Shown here one piece after another: positions 39,704-49,247 of a DNA stretch of 64,000 nt. The position numbers and the translations under genes are program-made. Source of the DNA: Thermoproteota archaeon (GTDB taxonomy: Archaea; Korarchaeota; Korarchaeia; Korarchaeales; Korarchaeaceae); the NCBI GenBank assembly GCA_026986575.1, contig JALSOH010000004.1, positions 256,001-320,000 on the forward strand, written 5' to 3'. Below the pieces are notes generated by a model. That model was not told the DNA's origin. It was given only the letters and a program-made list of their open reading frames with translations, and searched no databases. Numbering within the stretch: position 1 is the stretch's first letter; each line of letters starts with the position of its first letter.

Positions 39704-40528
39704 TCACTCCTCTCTATTTATCGAATAAAGGGCCAGATCCCTAAGCAGGTCTCTCTGGGTGGTATTCTCCAGTACCTCCAACCTCTCTATGGCTTCAGCG
39801 GCTAGACTGTTGGCCATCTCCTCCAAGAGCTCCTTCAATCCCTCCTCCTTAAGAAGAGAGGTAAGTTCCCCTGGAGACCCCCAGTCCAATAGATCGTCCT
39901 TTATCTGGTAAGCCATTCCCATATAGAGCCCGTATAAACCTAGGTCATCCGAGATATCGGGCCTACCGGCAATAACAGCGCCCAACGATGTGGCTGCCTC
40001 GAAAAGGACAGCGGTCTTGTACTTGAGTATCTCCAAGTACTCATCCAAGGAGAGGGGATTCTTGGCCTCTAACACTTGTACTTCCCTCATCTCCCCCACA
40101 GACATGAGCTTAGATGCTTTAGATAGGATTTCACCCACTCTTCTGTCTTCATACATGCTCGCTATATCTAGAACCAGCGATAGTATGAAGTCAGCCACGA
40201 GGATGGACATCTCGAACCCGTACTTCAGGTGGAAGGAGAACTCCCCTCTCCTCTGAGTGCTTCTGTCTATTATATCGTCGTGTATCAGGGAAGCCGCGTG
40301 TATGAGCTCTATTGCGGCAGCCGCGGGACCCGGATTTCCACCTCCACCACAGGCATCATGGACGATCAGGAGGAGAGCAGGCCTTACCTTTTTCCCTCCG
40401 CTCAGGAATTCCTTTAAGGGAAGGAAGAAAGGGGTATTCGACTCTTTATCCAATATCTCGTCGATAGCAATTCTAGCCTCGCTGACGTAGTGTTCCAGCG
40501 ATGATTTTATGCGGTCCTTTAACGCTAT
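39704..40528 (-). CDS. Polyprenyl diphosphate synthase (start extended to a putative ATA)
   Basis: GGKKVRP, LIHDDIID..RRG, KTA.LF, YQIKDDLLD. Confidence 0.9.
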   Translation of the reverse strand: MALKDRIKSSLEHYVSEARIAIDEILDKESNTPFFLPLKEFLSGGKKVRPALLLIVHDACGGGGNPGPAAAAIELIHAASLIHDDIIDRSTQRRGEFSFHLKYGFEMSILVADFILSLVLDIASMYEDRRVGEILSKASKLMSVGEMREVQVLEAKNPLSLDEYLEILKYKTAVLFEAATSLGAVIAGRPDISDDLGLYGLYMGMAYQIKDDLLDWGSPGELTSLLKEEGLKELLEEMANSLAAEAIERLEVLENTTQRDLLRDLALYSINREE

Positions 40529-40557
40529 GCGCGCTCACCTCAATAGTGGCTGCCGCG

Positions 40558-41301
40558 TCACTCCTCTAAAATAATGCTCCTCCTCTTGACCACCTTCTCG
40601 GGGTGCACAACTATTCCATTATCCGTAATCTCGAAGGGATGCCTCCTCATGGAGTGGGCGGTCCCCCTCATCTTCCATATTATGAGGCTCCTGACGAGCT
40701 CGCCATCCCACTCATCCAAGTCCAGTCTGATGATACCATCGGCTGCATGCTCGACTCCAGGGCCGCCGAACCCCCTCTCAGTGACCCCCACTTGGCTAAT
40801 CAGGATGGATGTAGTTCCCGTTCCCGATAACACCTTCTTCAGGAGGAGGACGGTTTTCCTCGCCACCACGGGCTTAGTCAGGTAGAGCGCGGTCACCGAA
40901 TCCACAACGACTCTAACAGCCCCTACCTCACTGATAGCGGCCTTCATTTCGTCTATGAGACTGTGGACATCCTCCGGGTCGGTAACAACGTACTTCTCCC
41001 TCTTGGCCGCTCCCCCTATGCCACCTGTGTATGCATCCACTATAGCGAACCTGCCCGCCTCCTCGTAAGGCCTAGGATCCCACCCGAATGCGGACATGTT
41101 AATCCTGACCTGCACCGGATGCTCCTCCAGAGCCACATAGACACCAGCCTCTCCATTCTTCAATCCATTGTACAGGTACTGCATCCCGAAGATCGTCTTT
41201 CCCGTTCCTGGCCCGCCTGAAAGGAGCACGACGTTCCTCTCAGGTATGCCTCCATTGAGGAGCTCATCCATGCCGGGTATGCCAGTCTTTACCCTCCTCA
41301 T
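40558..41301 (-). CDS. Single-domain KaiC-like RecA-superfamily ATPase
   Basis: [29 protein letters not shown]. Confidence 0.92.
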   Translation of the reverse strand: MRRVKTGIPGMDELLNGGIPERNVVLLSGGPGTGKTIFGMQYLYNGLKNGEAGVYVALEEHPVQVRINMSAFGWDPRPYEEAGRFAIVDAYTGGIGGAAKREKYVVTDPEDVHSLIDEMKAAISEVGAVRVVVDSVTALYLTKPVVARKTVLLLKKVLSGTGTTSILISQVGVTERGFGGPGVEHAADGIIRLDLDEWDGELVRSLIIWKMRGTAHSMRRHPFEITDNGIVVHPEKVVKRRSIILEE

Positions 41302-41341
41302 AAGCTCACCCGATTCTAACTACCTTTAAAGTAAGTTAATA

Positions 41342-42742
41342 ATGTCAACTCCCGATGGGAAAATGAAGTTGTTCGACATGGAAGAGGGTGAGATAAGGAG
41401 AGCGCTCCGCGATGGTAAGATAAAAGTCTCGGTTTATGGATTGGGTCATGTCGGTTCCCCCATACTAGCGGCATGGCTCCAAGCGGGCGCTAGCGGTATA
41501 GGCGTGGATGTGGACGAGGGAAAGGTACTCAAACTCAACAGAGGGGAGTCTCCAGTTGATGAGCCCTGTCTCACAGATGTCTTCAGAAAAGCTTTAGAGG
41601 AGGGGAGGTTAAAAGCGACGAGTGATGGCGAATGGGCCTCTAGGGAAACTCACGTCAAGATAATAGCTGTTCCGACTCTAATAGATGATGAGGGGAAGCC
41701 GAACCTCGATGCTCTCAGGTCCGCAGCTGAGTCCATAGCCTCGGGACTCAAGGAAGGGGACCTAGTTATACTTGAGAGTAGCGTACCCCCTGGAACCACT
41801 AGAGAAGTTCTCAAACCTATTTTAGAAGAGCTAAGCGGGCTTCAAGCTGGAAAGGATTTCGGTCTTGCTTACAGTCCAGAGAGGATATCAGAGGGAAGGG
41901 CGCTGAGGGACATAGTAGAGTCCTATCCCAAGGTGGTGGGAGGTATCGATGCTAAAAGCACGGAAGTAGCGGCTAGTCTCTACTCGCTTGTAGTTAAAAG
42001 AGGGGTGATAAAGCTGTCAAGCGATTTAGCTGCGGAGCTCGAGAAGTTGGCCGAGGGGATCTACAGGGATGTAAACATAGCTTTGGCCAATGAGATAGCA
42101 GCCCTTTGCAGGAGGTTAGGTGTGGATTACGATGAGGTAAGGATGGCCGCCAATAGTCAACCCCATTCCCACCTACATAAACCAGGCACGGGAGTTGGAG
42201 GTTTGTGTATCCCTGTATACCCGAGATTCCTCATTTGGAAGGCTAAGGACCTAGGCATGGAACTTCCTTTAACTGCTATCGCCAGAACCATAAATGAGAA
42301 CATGCCTGCAGAGGTATCCCGTCTTGTCAGAGAGGGTATGAAAAGGCTCGGTATATCGGACCCTAAATTAGCGATCTTGGGGCTGGCTTTTAGAGGTGAC
42401 GTACCTGACTCACGTCTTTCCCCAACTTACGATCTGATAAACCACATGTTCTCAATGGGAATCAGGGAGATAGTTGTTCATGATCCTATGATAAGGGAGG
42501 ATGTCAAGCTTGATGAAATAGGGGTGCCCCTAACGAACGACTTAATCGAAGCTCTCGGGGGAGCCGACATTGCAGTGATATCCACCGATCACTCCGTTTA
42601 CCGAATGAAATCAAGCGAAATGTTTCAGCTGTCAGATAAGTTGAGGTTGATAGTGGATGGGAGGCATGTGATCGAGGTGGACTCTCTGCCCTCTGGAGTC
42701 CTGTATGTGGGGGTGGGGAGGCCTTGGAGGGAGGGCGGCTAG
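41342..42742 (+). CDS. Nucleotide-sugar dehydrogenase (WecC-like)
   Basis: GLGHVG, ESSVPPGTT, SPER, GVGGLCIP. Confidence 0.88.
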   Translation: MSTPDGKMKLFDMEEGEIRRALRDGKIKVSVYGLGHVGSPILAAWLQAGASGIGVDVDEGKVLKLNRGESPVDEPCLTDVFRKALEEGRLKATSDGEWASRETHVKIIAVPTLIDDEGKPNLDALRSAAESIASGLKEGDLVILESSVPPGTTREVLKPILEELSGLQAGKDFGLAYSPERISEGRALRDIVESYPKVVGGIDAKSTEVAASLYSLVVKRGVIKLSSDLAAELEKLAEGIYRDVNIALANEIAALCRRLGVDYDEVRMAANSQPHSHLHKPGTGVGGLCIPVYPRFLIWKAKDLGMELPLTAIARTINENMPAEVSRLVREGMKRLGISDPKLAILGLAFRGDVPDSRLSPTYDLINHMFSMGIREIVVHDPMIREDVKLDEIGVPLTNDLIEALGGADIAVISTDHSVYRMKSSEMFQLSDKLRLIVDGRHVIEVDSLPSGVLYVGVGRPWREGG

Positions 42743-43341
42743 CCTACTAGCCGCCTCACCAAGTTTATCGTGAACACTTCAACTAGGGAATCCATGGCTG
42801 ATAGTGCAAGCCAAGGATCTTTAGAAACGACAAATGCGCCGTGCCTCGATACCACAACGGCATTAACGTCTTTCAGTGCGTTAGATATGATCTCAGCCAA
42901 TTCCTCAGTACCGTATGGCTTCCAAGGTAGTATTTTCACATCTCTCAGCAGGATCCTCGCTTCTTCTGTCCAATCAAATTCCCTCAATGGAGCTGGAACC
43001 GCTCTATCGATCTCCAAATTCACCATGGACATCGCCAACCCAGTTACCACTGCATGATGACAGTGGAGGATCGCTCCCACATCTGGCCTGATCTCATAGA
43101 CCTTCAGATGAAGCTTCCACTCCGAGCTAGGCCTCCCTTTACCCTCTAAGACTCTTCCTTGATAATCAATCAGTATCATGTCCTCGGCCCTCAACCTTCC
43201 CTTGAATTGGCCCGAGGGGGTTATGAGTATCCCCTCGTCCACACGAGCGCTCGCATTCCCCCCCGCTCCAGTAGTATAACCCCTCTCATAAGCTAACTTC
43301 ATGACTTCAGCCAGTTCTGAGGCTCTACCAATAAGGTCCAT
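42739..43341 (-). CDS. Class II aldolase/adducin family protein
   Basis: GGNASAR, ITPSG, PSSEWKLH, HCH, RHG. Confidence 0.88.
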   Translation of the reverse strand: MDLIGRASELAEVMKLAYERGYTTGAGGNASARVDEGILITPSGQFKGRLRAEDMILIDYQGRVLEGKGRPSSEWKLHLKVYEIRPDVGAILHCHHAVVTGLAMSMVNLEIDRAVPAPLREFDWTEEARILLRDVKILPWKPYGTEELAEIISNALKDVNAVVVSRHGAFVVSKDPWLALSAMDSLVEVFTINLVRRLVG

Positions 43342-44020
43342 GATGGTACCTCTCCATCATCCAGAGCCTCCTCAAGTACCTAACCCTATGCCTGTAAGGA
43401 TACGCCATTAGGACCCCTGCTATGAATCCACCCACATGGGCCCAGTAGGCAACCCCAGTTGCCTCTCCAGCCAGCAGACCTGGAATGAGCTGCCATATGA
43501 ACCAGAACGTTATGTAATACTTAGCCGGTATGGGTTCAACCGTTATGAAATACCAAATGAGGATGGCCGTCATTATCCTAGCTTGGGGGAAGAAGACGAG
43601 ATAGGCCCCCAATACACCGCTTATCGCTCCACTGGCACCTACAGCCGGTATCTCTGATAGGGGGAATACTGCCATGTGGAGGAAGCTCGCAGCAACTCCA
43701 GATATGATGTAGAAAATCAGGTACTTGAGGTGGCCAAAGGCGGCCTCCACATTATCACCGAATATGTAGAGATAGAGCATGTTCCCCAACAAGTGGAGCC
43801 AACCTCCATGCATGAACATCGAGGTGAAGAGCCTGTACGCGTTGGAGGCAGGATCCTCAAGGAAGAACCTAGGGATGAACCCGTACTCGTAGATCAGCAA
43901 CTCGAACCTCACGGGTCCGCCAGCTATTTCCCAGAGGAAGACCAGCGCATTGAATAGGATCAATCCGTAAGTAACCCAAGGGGTTATTGGACTGGGATTC
44001 TCATCCTTAAAGGGGAACAA
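43325..44020 (-). CDS. Rhomboid intramembrane serine protease
   Basis: FMHGG..HL.GNM, GASG, AHVGG. Confidence 0.93.
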   Translation of the reverse strand: MFPFKDENPSPITPWVTYGLILFNALVFLWEIAGGPVRFELLIYEYGFIPRFFLEDPASNAYRLFTSMFMHGGWLHLLGNMLYLYIFGDNVEAAFGHLKYLIFYIISGVAASFLHMAVFPLSEIPAVGASGAISGVLGAYLVFFPQARIMTAILIWYFITVEPIPAKYYITFWFIWQLIPGLLAGEATGVAYWAHVGGFIAGVLMAYPYRHRVRYLRRLWMMERYHHGPYW

Positions 44021-44036
44021 GGGATCATCCTCCCGG

Positions 44037-44099
44037 AGGGCTCAGCTGACCCTCTTCTGGGCCATATACACCCTCTTGCCGAATACTCATCATGGCCCC
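44037..44099 (-). ncRNA. Box C/D sRNA
   Basis: Perfect C box ATGATGA (44093-44087), D box CTGA (44045-44042), GGGC/GCCC stem with 3-nt bulge (canonical K-turn), TTTAAG box about 25 nt upstream. Confidence 0.8.
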
Positions 44100-44123
44100 T
44101 TGGGAAAATTTGGGGAGAGGGGC

Positions 44124-44714
44124 TTAAACTTTTACCCCCTTGAGGAGAGACCCACCTATCTCCTTACCCTTATCCACCGCTCTCAAGTTCAAATCTATGA
44201 ATTGAGGCTTCACCATTCTCCTTATCGCTTCCTTCAAGTTTTCCAAGGGTATGATCCCGGAAACCGTGACGAAAACTCCAAGCATGAGCATGTTAGCCAC
44301 GAGCCTGTTGCCCAGCCTCTCAGCCTCATCGGTGGCGGGGATCTTGTAGATGGTCCTTACCTTACCTTCCACCGGATCGAAGTACTTTATCATCGAGGAG
44401 TCCGCCAAGATTATGGTCTTGTCCAATGGGTATCTCTTGGAGAAGGTGTTGAGAGACATTTGATTCATCGCTATCCAGTAATCCGGACTTATTATCTTAG
44501 GATAGTCAATTTCCTCGTCCGAGATGACCACTTCCGACCTCGTGGACCCCAATCTCGCCTCAGGCCCGTATGTGTAGGTGGCGGCCGCGTAGTAGTTGCT
44601 CAGTACTGAGGCTTGGGATAAAACCGCGCCGGATAACACTACTCCTTGACCACCGAAGCCCGAGATCATTACTTCAATCCTCAAGCCACCACACCCCCTT
44701 CCTAACGACCTCAT
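44124..44714 (-). CDS. korC: 2-oxoacid:ferredoxin oxidoreductase gamma subunit (Kor type)
   Basis: GFGGQG, YGPEARLG, NMLMLG. Confidence 0.88.
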   Translation of the reverse strand: MRSLGRGCGGLRIEVMISGFGGQGVVLSGAVLSQASVLSNYYAAATYTYGPEARLGSTRSEVVISDEEIDYPKIISPDYWIAMNQMSLNTFSKRYPLDKTIILADSSMIKYFDPVEGKVRTIYKIPATDEAERLGNRLVANMLMLGVFVTVSGIIPLENLKEAIRRMVKPQFIDLNLRAVDKGKEIGGSLLKGVKV

Positions 44715-45021
44715 CCCTTTTCCTGACCCTTTCCAACCAGGGCTTCTCGTAATTCTCCTCTACCTCTAGAAGCACCTTCTCCTCCTTCTCGTCCACTATG
44801 ACTTGGAGTGCGAAATCCGGGCAGTACCATTCACAGAGTCTGCAGGCCCTGCACTGGTCTATTCTGGCGGCATAGGGCTTCTTCACCCCTCTCCAATTCC
44901 TTTCCTCGCTTATCTCTAGAACATCCCATGGGCAGGCCCATATACAGAGGTAACAGCCCTTGCAGAGTTTGTCGCTCACTGCTATCTGCTGCACCTTCAC
45001 CGGAGATGCCATCGACTTCAC
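44674..45021 (-). CDS. korD: 2-oxoacid:ferredoxin oxidoreductase delta subunit
   Basis: CKGCYLCIWACP, CRACRLCEWYCPD. Confidence 0.85.
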   Translation of the reverse strand: MKSMASPVKVQQIAVSDKLCKGCYLCIWACPWDVLEISEERNWRGVKKPYAARIDQCRACRLCEWYCPDFALQVIVDEKEEKVLLEVEENYEKPWLERVRKRDEVVRKGVWWLED

Positions 45022-45869
45022 CTCCCCTTGCCCTTTGCCCTCTCCTCCAGCTCCCTCAGCCTCTCAGTGTACTCCTTTCTATCAGTCCGGTGCAGATACT
45101 CTCCTACTATGATCTTGCCCCTCAGCTCCTCAGGGCTCTTATTCTTCGCAACTCCCAAGGGGATAGAGTTCTCCTTGAACCACTGCATCATGTCCCTTGG
45201 ATCGGGACGATTTAGTATGTACCTGCCAGCGTAAGTGGGGCACTGAAACACTATCTCTATGGCAGCGAAACCCTTGTGCTTTACTGCCTTCTTTATGCTG
45301 TTTTTAGCTTGAATGAAATGATAAGTAGTCCATCTAGCCAGATACGTGGCTCCAGCAGCCTTCAAAAGTTCCATCAGGTCAAAGTTGGGTTCTATGTTAC
45401 CGTATGGTGTGGTGTTAGTCTTGGCTCCTTCTGGGGTGGTTGGAGACATCTGGCCACCGGTAAGGGAGTACAGCATGTTTGTAGCTATGATTGCGGTGAT
45501 TCCTATGTTCCTCCTTGCCGCATGGATCAAGTGGTTGCCTCCTATTCCCATGCTATCTCCATCCCCCATTACCACGATGACGTTTAGATCTGGCCTAGAC
45601 GCCTTCAGAGCAGTGGCGAAAGCTAGCGCCCTACCGTGTAGGGTATGAGCCGCGTCCCTCCTGAAGTAGAGGGGAGTCCAACCGGAGCACCCTATACCCG
45701 ACACGAAAACGGTCCTATCCCACTCCTCCTGTCCCAACTCCTCGAAAGCCATCAGGATCATCCTTTCAATGATGCCCAAGCCGCAACCGGGGCAGAAGGC
45801 ATGGGGCATGATCTCAGTTCTCATATACTTCTTAGCTAGGACATGCTCGAATTCTGCTTCAGGAAGCAT
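45018..45869 (-). CDS. korB: 2-oxoacid:ferredoxin oxidoreductase beta subunit
   Basis: CPGCG, SGIGCS, HTLHGR, GDGD, TGGQ.SPT. Confidence 0.92.
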   Translation of the reverse strand: MLPEAEFEHVLAKKYMRTEIMPHAFCPGCGLGIIERMILMAFEELGQEEWDRTVFVSGIGCSGWTPLYFRRDAAHTLHGRALAFATALKASRPDLNVIVVMGDGDSMGIGGNHLIHAARRNIGITAIIATNMLYSLTGGQMSPTTPEGAKTNTTPYGNIEPNFDLMELLKAAGATYLARWTTYHFIQAKNSIKKAVKHKGFAAIEIVFQCPTYAGRYILNRPDPRDMMQWFKENSIPLGVAKNKSPEELRGKIIVGEYLHRTDRKEYTERLRELEERAKGKGR

Positions 45870-45873
45870 AACA

Positions 45874-47031
45874 TCACCTCACAGCACTCTTTATCACAGC
45901 CAAAATTTCATCTGGATGGTGGAGCACTCCTCCCACCTTGGGTACCGACATCACCTTTGCCTGACCTTTGGAGGCCCTGTCCACCTCTCTTACGATCTTT
46001 CCCATGTTCATCTCAGGTACAATTATTGCCTTAACCTGATTGGCGGTCTCCTCTATGAGATGATCATAGAAGGGCCATAATGTGATCATCCTTATCAGAC
46101 CAGCCTTTATACCTTGGTTTCTAGCTTCTCTGACAGCTCTAAGGGCCGTTCTTGCCGTAGAACCGTAGGCAACGACGGCAACCTCAGCATCCTCCATATA
46201 TCTCTTCTCATACATAGCTATCTTGTCCACGTTCTTCTCAATCTTGTAATAGATCCTCTTTATCGTTCTCTCAGCGGCCACATGATCGGTCCCTATCCTG
46301 TGACCGAACTCGTCGTGCATCACGCTCTCCACCAGTACGTTATAACCCTCCCCGAATGCAGGCATGGGAGCCACCCACTCACCCGGATCTGGGAGATAAG
46401 GTATATATTCCTCCGGAGGGACACTGGGTCTCCTTCTCTCGACTATCTCTATCTCCTCGTATGGAGGGACCTTGACAGGTTCCCTGACGTGGGCGATCAC
46501 CTCATCTGCGAGTATTATCACGGGGTTCCTGTAAGTCTCAGCTAGGTTGAAGGCTTTGATGGCTAGATCAAACATGTCCTGAGCGCTAGACGGGGCTAGG
46601 GCTATGGTGGCGTAATCGCCGTGGCTACCCCACCTAGCCTGCATCACATCGCCTTGAGAGGGCAGGGTCACGAGCCCGGTAGAGGGCCCACCCCTCTGGA
46701 CATCCACTATCACGATGGGAGTCTCCGTGATTATCGCGTAACCAAGACCCTCCTGCATTAGGGAGTATCCCGGCCCGCTGGTAGCGGTCATGGACTTCCT
46801 TCCCGCCCAAGAAGCGCCGATGATCGCCATTATAGATGCCAACTCGTCCTCCATCTGCATGAACACTCCACCGACTTGGGGCATACGCCTAGACATCCTT
46901 TCAGCGATCTCTGTGGCTGGCGTAATCGGGTAACCGGCAAAAAACCGGCATCCTGCAATTAGTGCGCCCTCTACTATCGCTTCATCACCCTGCATTAGAT
47001 GGGTTCCAGGCTCGACATACAAGCCTAACAC
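45874..47031 (-). CDS. korA: 2-oxoacid:ferredoxin oxidoreductase alpha subunit
   Basis: GYPITP, QMEDE, TATSGPG, QRGGPSTG. Confidence 0.93.
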   Translation of the reverse strand: MLGLYVEPGTHLMQGDEAIVEGALIAGCRFFAGYPITPATEIAERMSRRMPQVGGVFMQMEDELASIMAIIGASWAGRKSMTATSGPGYSLMQEGLGYAIITETPIVIVDVQRGGPSTGLVTLPSQGDVMQARWGSHGDYATIALAPSSAQDMFDLAIKAFNLAETYRNPVIILADEVIAHVREPVKVPPYEEIEIVERRRPSVPPEEYIPYLPDPGEWVAPMPAFGEGYNVLVESVMHDEFGHRIGTDHVAAERTIKRIYYKIEKNVDKIAMYEKRYMEDAEVAVVAYGSTARTALRAVREARNQGIKAGLIRMITLWPFYDHLIEETANQVKAIIVPEMNMGKIVREVDRASKGQAKVMSVPKVGGVLHHPDEILAVIKSAVR

Positions 47032-47072
47032 CGGCCGTAGCCCCTATCGAGTAGAAGAAAAATATAGCGCAT

Positions 47073-47561
47073 TTACCCCTTAATGAGCCTGCCCTCAGGA
47101 TCTATCTCTCCTGCTCTAATTCTATGAGATTTCAGAGGTGCGCCATCCTCGGCCAGAACGGTTGGCACTACAACTATGAAGAGTTCCCTCAGACCATTTC
47201 TCCTCCTCTCTTCATTTATCATGAGAGCTCTTTCATATGTCTCTGGTGATACGACTATTAGATCGGCCTCCTCATCGGTCCCCGCCGGACCTATCGGTTC
47301 AACGATTTTAACTATCTGAAAGGGTATATTTTTCCCAGTGAGGTAGCTGGTCAGCAGGGCCCTCCTCTCATCGAAGGGCAGTATCCTCTCCCTGAAAGCC
47401 TTCCCTGCCAGCAGGGGACCATCCGCCAGACCAACCATCAAGCTATCGGCCAGCTTAACGGCAGTATCTAGTAAAGCTCTGTGGCCCTTATGAAGTCTAT
47501 CGAATGCCCCACCGACTATAGCCTTCCTAAAAGGTTTCTCACAGCAGTCCCTACCTTCCAT
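47073..47561 (-). CDS. coaD: Phosphopantetheine adenylyltransferase, archaeal type
   Basis: GGAFDRLHKGH, VVSPET, IN..R..GL, S.RIRAGEID. Confidence 0.88.
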   Translation of the reverse strand: MEGRDCCEKPFRKAIVGGAFDRLHKGHRALLDTAVKLADSLMVGLADGPLLAGKAFRERILPFDERRALLTSYLTGKNIPFQIVKIVEPIGPAGTDEEADLIVVSPETYERALMINEERRRNGLRELFIVVVPTVLAEDGAPLKSHRIRAGEIDPEGRLIKG

Positions 47562-48169
47562 ACCTCGTATACCTCCTCAGTCTTCCCGTTCTCCAACACC
47601 TCAGCGCCGTTCTCGGTCATCCGCACCACGAACTTAACACGCGCTTTGATGGCCTCTCTTAATGACTCCTCCGAATTCAAGACATATATCGTTTTATGTG
47701 GGTCGAAATCTCCGGAGAACACGTTTTCCAGCGTATAATCCCCCCCAATCCAGGACTTGTGGATTAGATGGTGTATGTTCAATCTCAAGACCTTCTCCCA
47801 CTCCTTTACTGGATCTCCCCTAGAGAAAACACCAATCTTAAAACCGCTCTCTCTCGCAGCTAAGATGGCGTCTATTATTCCTGGAATTGGCTTCAGAAAC
47901 GCCCTTTTAACGTCATGGTACGCTATGACTCCGGCGGCGATGACCCTGTAATCCTCCTTCAGCCCAAGCTTGATCATCATCTCGTTAAAGTGGAACGGAT
48001 AATCCTCGCCTTTCTCCCTTACGACTTCCATTAAGGTTTCCATAGCCGTGTCAAAGTCCACTGGAAGACCGGCCTCCTTCATTGCGGTAATAGCCCATTC
48101 CCTAGCGATTCCCTTCAGCAGGTTAGAGTCGTATAGGACATTGTCGATCTCAAGTAAAAGGAGCTTCAT
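47516..48169 (-). CDS. HAD-superfamily protein with degenerate catalytic motifs
   Basis: AM..AGLP, AAGVIAYH, WEK.LRL typical of archaeal HAD family; motif I is EID. Confidence 0.7.
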   Translation of the reverse strand: MKLLLLEIDNVLYDSNLLKGIAREWAITAMKEAGLPVDFDTAMETLMEVVREKGEDYPFHFNEMMIKLGLKEDYRVIAAGVIAYHDVKRAFLKPIPGIIDAILAARESGFKIGVFSRGDPVKEWEKVLRLNIHHLIHKSWIGGDYTLENVFSGDFDPHKTIYVLNSEESLREAIKARVKFVVRMTENGAEVLENGKTEEVYEVWKVGTAVRNLLGRL

Positions 48170-49188
48170 TCCCTCACCACCTTTGAGAGCTTCTCAGGCT
48201 TATCAGGATCCAGACCCTTTAAAATGGATGTCTCATAAGAGAGGAGCTGCATCGGTATGACCATTAACATAGGTGAGAATTCATACTCGGTGAGTGGCAA
48301 GGGGAAATCCCCATCCTCACCAACCAATAGGGGTTCACCCCCGAAAGACGACACCTTCTGCACGACCTCCATCACTTCCTTCCAATTGAGGAATATGACC
48401 GGTGTACCTCTATCTACCAGCTGAATGGGCCCATGAAGGAACTCCCTAGCGGCGTATCCGACATAGTGCAGATTAGAGGTCTCCCTGAGTTTCAGTGCCG
48501 CTTCCAGCGCTGTAGGATAGTTAGGACCTTTGCCGAGGACGAACCCCACTGGTTTCTCGGCTATCTTGGGTGCTAGATCGTGAGCGGGGGACCTTGATGC
48601 ATCTATGGAGCGAAGCACTTTATCCGGCAGAAGTTCGAGCTCGGTAATGAGGAGATCCACCTCTTTACCTTGGGTTGAGGCCAAGCTGACGGAGAGTAGG
48701 AAGGATGCCGCTAACTGCGTAGTGTAGCTCTTAGTGGCCGCAACAGCTCTCTCCTCACCGGCCCGGGTCAGGATCACTTGGTCCGATAGCTTAGCAAGAG
48801 TGCTATCTGGAGTATTGGTTATCCCAATTATAGGCGCGGCCGGATTCAACTCCCTAAATCTCCTAACTGCCGTCAGCACATCCTTGCTCTCCCCACTTTG
48901 GGAGAAGGCGACCAAGGCAGAATCTCCCAGGTCATTGGGTAGCCAGTCAGGCAGTTCAGAGGCTTGGATGGAGATCACCCGCAGGCCGGATATCTTCATC
49001 AGCGTTCTCCCTAGAACCAGGGATGCATGGTAGCTAGAACCGCTACCTGTCGTGTAGACGAATCTCTCCTTCAGGCGGCGGGCCGCCTCCATCGCCTCAC
49101 TCCTAGCCTCGTCTAATGTACGCCTTATCGCCTCTGGTTGATCTAAGATTTCAGATATCATGTACTGACCCGGTCTCTTCCCTTCCAT
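48166..49188 (-). CDS. Double-SIS sugar-phosphate isomerase/deaminase (GlmS-like, no glutaminase domain)
   Basis: GSGSSYH, SQSGES, VAATKSY, EAALKLRE, HGP, LSKVV. Confidence 0.88.
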   Translation of the reverse strand: MEGKRPGQYMISEILDQPEAIRRTLDEARSEAMEAARRLKERFVYTTGSGSSYHASLVLGRTLMKISGLRVISIQASELPDWLPNDLGDSALVAFSQSGESKDVLTAVRRFRELNPAAPIIGITNTPDSTLAKLSDQVILTRAGEERAVAATKSYTTQLAASFLLSVSLASTQGKEVDLLITELELLPDKVLRSIDASRSPAHDLAPKIAEKPVGFVLGKGPNYPTALEAALKLRETSNLHYVGYAAREFLHGPIQLVDRGTPVIFLNWKEVMEVVQKVSSFGGEPLLVGEDGDFPLPLTEYEFSPMLMVIPMQLLSYETSILKGLDPDKPEKLSKVVRE

Positions 49189-49247
49189 CGCGATGAGGCG
49201 CTTCGGCTAAGGATAAAGTTATTTACCTGCTAGCAGGGGTAGGTCAT

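Noticed and set aside
48166-49188. Full GlmS amidotransferase
   Set aside because: No N-terminal Cys glutaminase domain; SIS domains only
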